Positions 1 to 8,898 are shown, numbered from the stretch's first letter. The stretch: 64,000 bases of DNA from Candidatus Multivoradales bacterium (GCA_965223325.1 CBDCWI010000002.1:1152001-1216000); one strand, 5' to 3'. Notes: generated by a model not told the origin, from the sequence alone. Numbers and translations are program-made.

Positions 1-3
1 CCA

Positions 4-1788
4 GTGATCGCGCAACCAAAGAACGCAGCGGCCCTTTTTGCCATTGCCTTTCTCGCTTTGGTTCCAAAGCTCTTGGCAGAGGACGTCTCGGTCCGCATCG
101 GGGTCGACGGGGATCGACTCGCCGGCGCTGACGACGACGGCAATCTCCTCTTGTACGCCCCAGGCACGGTTTCGTCGGGCTCGTCGATCAGTCACTGGGA
201 CAACACCGCCACGCCGAACCTGCTGATGGAACCGTCGGCGTCGCGCGACCTGCCGCTTGGCGGCCTCGACGTGACGGTGGCGGCGCTGCGTGATCTCGGG
301 TGGCCGGCGGGCTCGGGGGCCACCATCACGCCGATGTATCAGGACGGCGGCGGCCAGGGCTTCTTCGATCCCGGCCTCGGCGACCAGCGCCGGCGAGCGT
401 TCGAGCAGGCTCTGGCAATCTGGGCTGGCCAGTTGCGCAGTCCGGTTCCGATTCGCGTGCGCGCCTCCTTTGAATCGCTGACCTGTGGTTCGGGGGGTGC
501 GACTCTTGCCGTCGCCGGGCCGCTCCGTCTCTATCAAGGAACCGAACTGCCACAGGACAACACCTGGTACTCGGAGTCGCATGCCGAAGCGATCGTCGGC
601 CGCGAGCTCAGCGATGCCTCTTCGGCCGATCTCCAGATTCGTTTCAACAGCGAGATCGACAATGGCTGCACCGGTGGCCCAGGCTTCTTCTACGGCACCT
701 CGGGCTCGCCGCCTGCGGATCGCCCGAGCTTTCTGCCGGTCGCCCTGCACGAGCTGGGTCACGGTCTGGGCTTTGTCTCTCTGGTCGACCTCGGCACTGG
801 CCAGAAGTTCGGCGGCCGGATCGACGTGTTCTCGGCGCTCATTCGTGACAACGACCAGCAGCGCTTCTGGAGCCAGATGAACGCGGCGCAGATTCTGCGC
901 TCGGTCACCAACACCGGTGCCGTGGCCTTCACCGGCAGGCGGGCGGCCAACAGCGCGGCGGGCTTTCTCGGCCCGGCCACCACCTTGCGCATCGAAACAC
1001 CAAGAGAGATCGCCGGCACGCTGGCCTTCGGGACCGCAGCCTTCGGACCGGCACCCTCGGCGATGACGGTGACCGGAAACCTGGTGCAGACCACTCCTCG
1101 ACGCGCCTGCTCCCCGATCAGCAAGGACACGACCGGGCTGATCGCGCTCATCGAGCGCGGCGACTGCACCTTCGTAGAGAAAGTCCGCGCGGCACAAGAC
1201 GCCGGAGCCTCAGCCGTCGTCATCTACAACAACGACGGCAGCGGAGTCATCAACATGGGCGGCAGCGACGGCTCGATCACCATCCCATCGCTGTTCATCG
1301 CCCAGAGCGACGGCCGGGACCTCGTCGCCACCCTCGAAGGCGCAGACCCAGACGACCCGGGCGACCCTGGAGATCCTGGAGATCCCGGCGAAGAGCCACC
1401 GATCGAGGACGACGCCGAGGAACCCAGTGTGTGCTCTGAAGACGCGATAACCGAGTGCATCCAAGGCGACCGCTTCCGCATTCGCATGGCCTACGAGCTC
1501 CAGAACGGCGAAAGGGGTGACGGGCTGGCCTTCGAGCTCACCGAAGACACCGGCTACTTCGTGTTCACCAATACCGACAACGTCGAGATCGTCGTCAAGG
1601 TCCTCGACGCCTGCCAGGTCTTCGACCGCTTCTGGGTGTTCGCTGCTGGCCTGACCGATCAGAAGATCACCCTCGAGGTCACCGATACCGCAACCGGTCG
1701 CATTCGGAGATACCGCAACGATCTCAAACAGACCTACCAACCGATCCTCGACACCGCAGCGTTCGACACCTGTGGCGCGGGGGGCTAG
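4..1788 (+). CDS. Secreted PA-domain zinc metallopeptidase, apparently circularly permuted, with acidic DPG linker and Cys-containing C-terminal beta domain
   Basis: Signal-peptide-like N-terminus; HELGHGLGF zinc motif; PA domain (ALIERGDCTFVEKVRAAQDAGASAVVIYNN); C-terminal domain with NVEIVVKVLDAC...FWVFAAGLT...DTAAFDTC. The start lies at the window edge and may be further upstream. Confidence 0.85.
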   Translation: MIAQPKNAAALFAIAFLALVPKLLAEDVSVRIGVDGDRLAGADDDGNLLLYAPGTVSSGSSISHWDNTATPNLLMEPSASRDLPLGGLDVTVAALRDLGWPAGSGATITPMYQDGGGQGFFDPGLGDQRRRAFEQALAIWAGQLRSPVPIRVRASFESLTCGSGGATLAVAGPLRLYQGTELPQDNTWYSESHAEAIVGRELSDASSADLQIRFNSEIDNGCTGGPGFFYGTSGSPPADRPSFLPVALHELGHGLGFVSLVDLGTGQKFGGRIDVFSALIRDNDQQRFWSQMNAAQILRSVTNTGAVAFTGRRAANSAAGFLGPATTLRIETPREIAGTLAFGTAAFGPAPSAMTVTGNLVQTTPRRACSPISKDTTGLIALIERGDCTFVEKVRAAQDAGASAVVIYNNDGSGVINMGGSDGSITIPSLFIAQSDGRDLVATLEGADPDDPGDPGDPGDPGEEPPIEDDAEEPSVCSEDAITECIQGDRFRIRMAYELQNGERGDGLAFELTEDTGYFVFTNTDNVEIVVKVLDACQVFDRFWVFAAGLTDQKITLEVTDTATGRIRRYRNDLKQTYQPILDTAAFDTCGAGG

Positions 1789-1879
1789 CCGAGTCGGCGG
1801 CGGCGAGGCGTGGGGCGTGGTGCTTTGGCGGCGCGGCAGAGAGGGCGCCGCCTGAACCCTGGCGACGCTCGACCAGATC

Positions 1880-3487
1880 GTGCGACTAAGCTCGACCGGA
1901 AGCGCTTCAGAACGGGTACGGACGCTACAACGGATGGGTTTACCGAACAGAGACCAGAACTCTGGCAGCGCCAGGGAGCGCCGATCGGCGATCACGCTGG
2001 TGCTGGCGCTTCTTCTTCTCGCGGCCTGGATGGTCGCACCGCGGCTGTTCCAACACTGGAATCGAACGACGCCGGTCTCCTTCGAGTCCTTTCCGATCGA
2101 GGGTGACCTGACACCTGAGCGCAACTTCGCCTTTTCGCACGAGGGCATCGAGCTCAACGGCTGGTCGCCGCGTGCCGTCTCCGTAACGGCGGGAGGCAAA
2201 CCTCTCGAACGCACGTCGGCTCGGCGGGTGCGAAAAACGGGCGACGGAACTTTTCATATCGGCCAGGGCGGTCGCCTTCTCGTGGCTCCTCCCGGCAACC
2301 AGAACCCCACCGCGCTCGAGATCGAGGTCAGCCAGCCCCGCGACCTCCCACCTCGCTCCCTGGTGGGCGCGCTGTCGATCTTCGTCTTTCTGCATGTCGG
2401 CACGTTGGTGGCGCTGGCGCGCCAGCTGTGGACCAGGCCACTCCTGCGCGCGCTCCCGCCGGTGATCCTGGCGATGCTCAGCGGTCTGCTCACCTTGCAC
2501 GCGGCCAATGCACACCTACCGCCCTCACGGGCCGACTCGATCGGGGAGCGCCAACGACAGTTCGCCCAAGCGATAAAGAACGAGAGTCCGCCGCCCGATA
2601 CGGTCTTCCTCGGGTCGAGTGTGATCTACAGGCAACTCGATCCGGCGACTTTCGACGACGCTTTCGCTCACGCGAAGCGTCCCCGGCGCTCATTCAACCT
2701 GGGAGCCGCCGGGGCGAGAATGCCTGAGGTCCTGCACCTCGCAAGCTGGGCGCTAGAGCGCGGCGAGGGCCAGATCGACCTGCTGGTGGTCGAACCACGG
2801 GACAGGCCGTTCGATCCCCTGGGCACCCGCCGACTCGCCGCCCGCAGCGTCGCCTGGCACACCTCTCGCGCGCTCTGGATGGTCGCCCGCGGCCTCCACC
2901 AGGACGGAATCGGAGCCGAGGAGGCTGCTCTTCGCATGAGCGAGCACTTGCCCGCCTGGGGTAGGAACACGCTCGCGCTCGGCCGCGGGCTCGACGGTCT
3001 CGACGCGCTCTTCGCAGTCAAACCCCGCTGGATCAACCCGAGTCGACGCGGCTTTCTGCCGCTCGACCTGCAGCCGAACCTGGCCAGGCGCCACGCCACG
3101 TTTCTTGACCGACCCAAGACCTGGGAGAGAGCCGTCGAAGAGCTGCTCGCCAGCCACGGCACCGGCACGCCGACCAGTGCTTTCGAACTCGAGATGTTCC
3201 TTCAACTCGAACACCTGGCCGCGGAGCACGGTGCCGACGTCGTCTGGCTGATCGCCCCCCACATCACACGACGACCCAATATGGTCTACGCCCACGATCA
3301 AGGACACGTCGAGACCCTCTTGCGCTTCGACGACCCACAAGAACACTCTCGCTACTACGACCTCTCGGCCCGCTTCGACGCCGGACATCTCAACCAGCGC
3401 GCCGCCCTCCTTTGGAGCCGCGACGTTGCAGAGCGCATTCTCGCCCTTGAACGTGACTCCGAGCGAGTCAGCGAGCTCCAGCCGTGA
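1880..3487 (+). CDS. Membrane-anchored SGNH-like (AlgJ/DltD-like) acyltransferase partner
   Basis: TM segments; VFLGSS block I, SFNLG block and D-x-x-H-L-N (FDAGHLN) motif; stop overlaps the MBOAT start (GTGA). Confidence 0.7.
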   Translation: MRLSSTGSASERVRTLQRMGLPNRDQNSGSARERRSAITLVLALLLLAAWMVAPRLFQHWNRTTPVSFESFPIEGDLTPERNFAFSHEGIELNGWSPRAVSVTAGGKPLERTSARRVRKTGDGTFHIGQGGRLLVAPPGNQNPTALEIEVSQPRDLPPRSLVGALSIFVFLHVGTLVALARQLWTRPLLRALPPVILAMLSGLLTLHAANAHLPPSRADSIGERQRQFAQAIKNESPPPDTVFLGSSVIYRQLDPATFDDAFAHAKRPRRSFNLGAAGARMPEVLHLASWALERGEGQIDLLVVEPRDRPFDPLGTRRLAARSVAWHTSRALWMVARGLHQDGIGAEEAALRMSEHLPAWGRNTLALGRGLDGLDALFAVKPRWINPSRRGFLPLDLQPNLARRHATFLDRPKTWERAVEELLASHGTGTPTSAFELEMFLQLEHLAAEHGADVVWLIAPHITRRPNMVYAHDQGHVETLLRFDDPQEHSRYYDLSARFDAGHLNQRAALLWSRDVAERILALERDSERVSELQP

Positions 3488-4899
3488 TCTTCACCGAGTT
3501 TCGCTTCCTCGCCTTCTTCGGGCTCGTCCTCGCGGTCTACTGGTCACTCGAAGGCAATCGCCTGCGCAAGATCTGGCTGCTGGCGGCGAGCTATGCGTTC
3601 TACGCCGCCTGGGACTGGCGCTTTTTGTCGCTCATTCTCATCTCGACGCTGGTCGACTACGCGGTAGGCACGCGACTGGCGACAACCGACTCGGAGTCCC
3701 GCCGCCGCGCCCTCCTCCTCGCCAGCCTGGTCACCAACCTCGGGCTACTCGGCTTTTTCAAGTACTTCGGTTTCTTCGTCGACTCGGCGGTCGATCTGGG
3801 TTCATTTCTCGGGTTCTCGCTCAGCCGACCAACGCTCGAGATCGTGTTGCCGGTCGGCATCAGCTTCTACACCTTCCAGACGCTCAGCTACACCATTGAC
3901 GTCTATCGTCGCGGCCTCGAGGCGACGCGCAACCTGCTCGACCTGGCGCTGTTCGTCGCCTTCTTCCCGCAGCTGGTGGCGGGGCCGATCGTGCGCGCTT
4001 CGTACTTCCTGCCGCAGCTGCACGAGGAGCGCCGCTGGCAGAACGTCGCCGCGCGTTCTCACCTGGTCTTGTTCCTCATCGGCTTTGCCAAGAAGGCCTG
4101 CATCTCCGACAACATCTCGCCCTTCGTCGACAGCTACTTCGCCGCCCCGGAGGGCTGGAGCGCAGGGGCCGCGTGGCTAGCGGTGTTGCTCTACGCCATT
4201 CAGATCTACTGCGACTTCTCCGGTTACTCGGACATGGCGATCGCCACCGCTGGACTTCTGGGCTACGACCTGGGACCGAACTTTCGTTCCCCCTACGTCG
4301 CCCTCAACCCGCGGGACTTCTGGCAGCGTTGGCACATCAGCCTATCGACCTGGCTGCGCGACTACCTGTACATCCCACTGGGCGGCAACCGCGGCAGCAC
4401 GATCTTCACTTACCGCAACCTGATGCTCACCATGCTGCTCGGAGGGTTGTGGCACGGGGCCGCCTGGCACTTCGTCGTCTGGGGTTTCCTGCATGGCCTG
4501 GCACTCTGCCTGCACCGGCTGGTCCGTACTGACGGGAAAGAGCAGGGGGCCTCTCCTCTCAAACGCATTGCCTCGACCCTCGCCATGCAGTACTGGGTGT
4601 GCCTGGCGTGGATCTTCTTCCGAGCGGAGAGCTGGGGCGATGCGATGGTCACCGCAAAGGCCTGGTTGTTCTGGAGCAGCCCGGGCTCTCTGACTCTCGA
4701 TGCGCGCTGGTGGTGGTTCATCGCCGCCTTCGCGCTAGCCCACTGGGTGGGCGCTCGCTACGCCAGCACCGATGAACCCTTCCTTCCCGGCGCACGGCTC
4801 CCACAGCCCCTTTTTGCAGCCGCCTACGGCGTCGCCACCGCCATCGTCCTCCTCTTCGTTCAGGTCGACGTACAGCCCTTCATCTACTTCCAGTTCTAG
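3484..4899 (+). CDS. MBOAT family O-acyltransferase (AlgI/PatA/DltB-like)
   Basis: LPVGISFYTFQ, FFPQLVAGPIVR, IYCDFSGYSDMA, FWQRWHISLSTWLRDYLYIPLGG, GLWHGA and C-terminal FIYFQF. Confidence 0.95.
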   Translation: MIFTEFRFLAFFGLVLAVYWSLEGNRLRKIWLLAASYAFYAAWDWRFLSLILISTLVDYAVGTRLATTDSESRRRALLLASLVTNLGLLGFFKYFGFFVDSAVDLGSFLGFSLSRPTLEIVLPVGISFYTFQTLSYTIDVYRRGLEATRNLLDLALFVAFFPQLVAGPIVRASYFLPQLHEERRWQNVAARSHLVLFLIGFAKKACISDNISPFVDSYFAAPEGWSAGAAWLAVLLYAIQIYCDFSGYSDMAIATAGLLGYDLGPNFRSPYVALNPRDFWQRWHISLSTWLRDYLYIPLGGNRGSTIFTYRNLMLTMLLGGLWHGAAWHFVVWGFLHGLALCLHRLVRTDGKEQGASPLKRIASTLAMQYWVCLAWIFFRAESWGDAMVTAKAWLFWSSPGSLTLDARWWWFIAAFALAHWVGARYASTDEPFLPGARLPQPLFAAAYGVATAIVLLFVQVDVQPFIYFQF

Positions 4900-5893
4900 T
4901 GAGGTCCGTGGTTTTCGACCAATGCGCTGCGGACCTTGATTGGGTAGGCGGTGCTGTTGGAATTCCCGCCTCGACGTCTCGGCCTGTCGTGTACCACGGA
5001 CCTCACTAGAGTCACATCTGCGGCGCAAGCGCTCCAAAGCGCGAGCCGCCTTCACTGGCGCTCGCCTTGCAAAAGCTGCCACCGACTTCGGTCGCCTGGC
5101 GCGCGCCGCGGATTCCTGCCTCCGATGGAACCGACCTCGACGCTCACCACTCAACTGCCCCCCGTGGTTTTCGACCAATGCGCTGCGGGCCTTGATTGGG
5201 TAGGCGGTGCTGTTGGAATCCCCACCTCGCCGTCTCGGCCTGTCGTGTACCACGGACCTCACTAGAGTCACATCTGCGGCGCAAGCGCTCCAAAGCGCGA
5301 GCCGCCTTCACTGGCGCTCGCCTTGCAAAAGCTGCCACCGACTTCGGTCGCCTGGCGCGCGCCGCGGATTCCTGCCTCCGATGGAACCGACCTCGACGCT
5401 CACCACTCAACTGCCCCCCGTGGTTTTCGACCAATGCGCTGCGGACCTTGATTGGGTAGGCGGTGCTGTTGGAATCCCCACCTCGCCGTCTCGGCCTGTC
5501 GTGTACCACGGACCTCACTAGAGTCACATCTGCGGCGCAAGCGCTCCAAAGCGCGAGCCGCCTTCACTGGCGCTCGCCTTGCAAAAGCTGCCACCGACTT
5601 CGGTCGCCTGGCGCGCGCCGCGGATTCCTGCCTCCGATGGAACCGACCTCGACGCTCACCACTCAACTGCCCCCCGTGGTTTTCGACCAATGCGCTGCGG
5701 ACCTTGATTGGGTAGGCGGTGCTGTTGGAATTCCCGCCTCGACGTCTCGGCCTGTCGTGTACCACGGACCTCACTAGAGTCACATCTGCGGCGCAAGCGC
5801 TCCAAAGCGCGAGCCGCCTTCACTGGCGCTCGCCTTGCAAAAGCTGCCACCGACTTCGGTCGCCTGGCGCGCGCCGCGGATTCCTGCCTCCGA
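4895..5893. repeat. Tandem array of a 256-bp unit (~3.9 copies); first copy bounded by a perfect 18-bp inverted repeat with CTAG ends
   Basis: CCGTGGTTTTCGACC recurs at 4906, 5162, 5418 and 5674. TCTAGTGAGGTCCGTGGT (4895-4912) is the reverse complement of ACCACGGACCTCACTAGA (4993-5010). Units differ by only a few substitutions. Confidence 0.95.
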
Positions 5894-5937
5894 CTTAACA
5901 CGGAGGCTTCTCTTCCCCGGATCCCAGGACCCTCTTC

Positions 5938-6876
5938 ATGAAGCAGCCACCGAACCCTCTCTCCGTCGCCATCTCCGGCGCCAGCGGTCTGGTTGGCCGC
6001 GGACTCATTCCGCGGCTCGAAGCGGCCGGCCACCAAGTGCTCCGCCTCGAACGACGAGGTGAGCCCGGCGCCGACCCGGCCCGCGTCTTGTGGAGTCCGG
6101 AGACTGGCGTTCGTGAGCCCGAGAAACTCGAGGGCGTCGATGCCATCGTTCATCTCGCCGGCGAAAGCATCGCGGGCGGGCGCTGGACCCGGCGCAAGCG
6201 GCAGGAGATTCGCCGGAGCCGCATCGTTGGCACCCGCAAGCTGGTCGCCTCGCTCGCTACCCTCGAGCGACCGCCGGCTAGCTTCATGTGCGCGTCGGCG
6301 GTGGGCTACTACGGCAACACCGACGAGCGAGCCGACACGCCGGTCGATGAGCGTTCGCCCGCCGGCCGCGGGTTTCTCGCCGAGGTGTGCGTGGACTGGG
6401 AGAAGGAGGCGGAGTGTGCCCGGGACTTCGGCGCGCGGGTCGTTCGCCTTCGGTTTGGCGTCATTCTGTCGTCAACTGGTGGGGCGTTGGCCAAGATGCT
6501 GCCGGCACTTCGCAGCGGCCTCGGGGGACGGCTCGGCGGCGGGCGGCAGATCATGGCGTGGATCAGCCTGCGGGACTGCGTCAACGCCATCGAAACCCTG
6601 CTCTCTAGAGATGACCTCTCGGGAGCCTTCAACCTGACCGCGCCGCGGCCCGCCAGCAACCGCTGTTTCACCGCACGGTTGGGCGGTGCCCTGGGGCGCC
6701 CGACACCGCTCGCGGTTCCTGCCGCGCTCCTTTCTGCGACTTTCGGCGGCATGGCCCGCGAGACACTCCTGGCCTCGAACGACGTTCGGCCCACGCGCCT
6801 CCTGGAAGCGGGGTTTGAGTTCGAGCACAGCGAACTCGACAACGCCCTCTCAGAGCTCCTCGCTCAGACGGACTAG
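5938..6876 (+). CDS. TIGR01777-family NAD-dependent epimerase/oxidoreductase
   Basis: AISGASGLVG Rossmann motif; VHLAGESIAGGRW, ASAVGYYG, FLAEVCVDWE, LRFGVIL; C-terminal PTRLLEAGFEF. Confidence 0.92.
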   Translation: MKQPPNPLSVAISGASGLVGRGLIPRLEAAGHQVLRLERRGEPGADPARVLWSPETGVREPEKLEGVDAIVHLAGESIAGGRWTRRKRQEIRRSRIVGTRKLVASLATLERPPASFMCASAVGYYGNTDERADTPVDERSPAGRGFLAEVCVDWEKEAECARDFGARVVRLRFGVILSSTGGALAKMLPALRSGLGGRLGGGRQIMAWISLRDCVNAIETLLSRDDLSGAFNLTAPRPASNRCFTARLGGALGRPTPLAVPAALLSATFGGMARETLLASNDVRPTRLLEAGFEFEHSELDNALSELLAQTD

Positions 6877-7676
6877 GAGTCGCGCTCGAGGGCCGCCCAA
6901 CGCCGGAAGCCGCCCTCCGAGTCGATCACCTGGCCAGTGATCCAGGCGGATTCATCGCTCGCCAACCAGCTCACCAGCCGGGCCACGTCCTCAGGCTGCC
7001 CCCAACGACGGGCGGGGAACATCTCGGCGACCTGCTCGTGCACAGGCCCTTCGAGCCAGCCGCTATCGACGGGTCCGGGATTGATGCAGTTGACGGTGAT
7101 TCCGGAGTCGATCACCGCATCGGCGAGAGTCATGGTCATCTGATGGATCGCACCTTTGCTCACCGCGTAGGCGATCTCGCCGCTCATCGGGCCGATGTGC
7201 TGACCGCTGGTAAAGAGAATCGCCCGACCTCCGGGACCGGGCGCGCGGCGCGCAGCCAGCGCCTGGATCAAGAGCACCGAAGCACGCACATTGACCGCCC
7301 AACAGCGGTCGAGCTCGGCGGCAGAGACCTCGCCGAGCCCATGATGGGAGGAGCGCGCGTGGTTGGCGACCAGCACATCGAGCGCTCCATAGGTGTCGAA
7401 GGCCAGCCCCACCAGCTCGGCCGGACTCTCGGGGCACTCCAGGTCGCGCTCGACCCAAACCAGCCTGCCCGCCTCTCGTGCGTCAGACAGCGTGGCCACG
7501 GCATCGTCGCCGGTGCTATCCCGGCCCCAGGGCATCTCAGCGTCGTGGGCGTGCCAGCCACTGGCTAGAACACGCATCCCGTCACGTAGCAGACGGTCGA
7601 CCAGCGCCCGGCCGATGCCTTTCTGGCGACTGACCCCGGTGACCAGCGCGACTTTCGTGTGCGGACCTTCGGACAT
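6873..7676 (-). CDS. Short-chain dehydrogenase/reductase (SDR)
   Basis: ALVTGVSRQKGIG, YAVSK catalytic motif, NCINPGPVDSGW, WITGQVI. Confidence 0.93.
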   Translation of the reverse strand: MSEGPHTKVALVTGVSRQKGIGRALVDRLLRDGMRVLASGWHAHDAEMPWGRDSTGDDAVATLSDAREAGRLVWVERDLECPESPAELVGLAFDTYGALDVLVANHARSSHHGLGEVSAAELDRCWAVNVRASVLLIQALAARRAPGPGGRAILFTSGQHIGPMSGEIAYAVSKGAIHQMTMTLADAVIDSGITVNCINPGPVDSGWLEGPVHEQVAEMFPARRWGQPEDVARLVSWLASDESAWITGQVIDSEGGFRRWAALERDS

Positions 7677-7696
7677 GGCCCGCCAGCCTACTAGTT

Positions 7697-7862
7697 CTAG
7701 TACCCCGTACCATTGAAACGGATAGTGGCTGAGCGGATGATCGTGCTCGAGATCAAGGCGTCACGACAGAGGCATATTGGTGATCTGTCGAGGAGTGACA
7801 ACACAGAGATCGAGCGCGAGGACCGCGCAGACGCTGTGCGTTTCAATGGTACGGGGTGCTAG
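7697..7862. mobile_element. 166-bp MITE-like element with 24-bp terminal inverted repeats and CTAG termini
   Basis: CTAGTACCCCGTACCATTGAAACG (7697-7720) vs CGTTTCAATGGTACGGGGTGCTAG (7839-7862), one mismatch; nested internal stems; no credible ORF. Confidence 0.85.
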
Positions 7863-7863
7863 G

Positions 7864-8658
7864 TCACTGCAGCGAGAAACTGATCGTCAGGTTCATGTAG
7901 ACCGAAACCGGCTTCCCCTCGAGCGTCGCCGGCTCATAGCGCCAGTTGCTGACCGTCTGCACCGCCGACTCCTCAAGCCCCTCCGGCAGTCCCTTGACGA
8001 CCTTGACGTTGGTCACGTTGCCCAACGAGTCGACGATTGCCTGCAGGATCACCACGCCCTGAACGCGGGCCTTGCGGGCTTCTTCGGTGTAGTGCGGTTG
8101 CGGCGCATGCACCTTTTTCGGCGGCTGCACGTTGCCTTCGATGTACATCGGCCCGGGCTTGCCAGCTCCCGGTGGTGCCGGCGGCACGTCGAGCAGATCG
8201 CCGATCTCGGGCGCATCGATCAGCGGCACTTCGACCGGCGCCTCGCGCGGAATGGGCTCGGGGTCGTCAGGCGTCGGATCGGGCATCGGGATCCGGCGTG
8301 CCTTCTTCTTCTCGACCGGCTTGGCGCGCGGCGCCTGCTTGGGAGGCGGCTGGAAGCGCACCGGCTCGACCATGTAGACCGAGCGGTTCGAAGAAATCTG
8401 CTGCGGCTCGCTGAGAGGAGTGGGCAACACCCAGAAACCGAAGGCCAGGATCAAATGAAAGGCGATCGCCGCGGCGACCGCGCGCCGGAAGCGCTTGGCG
8501 TCTGCTGGGTCTTCTTCGGGCAGGTAGGCACCGCCGCCGAGGCGCACCGGTGCCTCGCCGCCCAACCGGAAGGAGGACGCCGAATGCGGACTCGACCGCA
8601 CCTGGATGCGAGGTCCCCGGGAGCCACCGCCGAGGCGGCTTTCAATCTGGATCGCCAT
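7864..8658 (-). CDS. tonB: TonB-family energy transducer
   Basis: Single TM helix, Pro-rich linker, TonB C-terminal domain (PHYTEEARKARVQGVVILQAIVD...WRYEPATLEGKPV). Confidence 0.9.
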   Translation of the reverse strand: MAIQIESRLGGGSRGPRIQVRSSPHSASSFRLGGEAPVRLGGGAYLPEEDPADAKRFRRAVAAAIAFHLILAFGFWVLPTPLSEPQQISSNRSVYMVEPVRFQPPPKQAPRAKPVEKKKARRIPMPDPTPDDPEPIPREAPVEVPLIDAPEIGDLLDVPPAPPGAGKPGPMYIEGNVQPPKKVHAPQPHYTEEARKARVQGVVILQAIVDSLGNVTNVKVVKGLPEGLEESAVQTVSNWRYEPATLEGKPVSVYMNLTISFSLQ

Positions 8659-8898
8659 GAGTGTTTGTCAGGGCCGGCGACCGGCCTCTCTTCTACTGTT
8701 TAAAACTTGTCTTCCGGTTCAACCCTTGCCCAACAGGATCTGGTCGTGCCGATGCCCGCTCTTTCTACGGCTACCACCCGCCTCGGGGTCATGGAAACGT
8801 TGAAGTGGCCGCTCTTAATCCCGCCGACGCATCAACCGGCGACGGCGTTGGTCTCGGGCCGCCATCAAGAACGGCCCCTCCAGTTCCGAAGGGCGCAG

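Noticed and set aside
1345-1392. 9-bp DPG repeat in the peptidase
   Set aside because: Ordinary low-complexity interdomain linker with synonymous variation.
4906-5161. Hammerhead ribozyme (retrozyme) in the repeat unit
   Set aside because: No CUGANGA...GAAA core found by eye on either strand; other ribozyme classes need a covariance-model search.
4895-5893. CRISPR array
   Set aside because: Units are near-identical over their whole 256 bp with no unique spacers, and no cas genes are in the window.
4735-6153. The 77-178 aa ORFs on both strands over the array as genes
   Set aside because: They recur only because of the repeat, have no recognisable domain, and are not kept intact at the 39.6-kb locus.
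6873-6876. CTAG shared by two convergent stop codons as a MITE footprint
   Set aside because: Overlapping TAG stops are a common arrangement and no element remnant is present.
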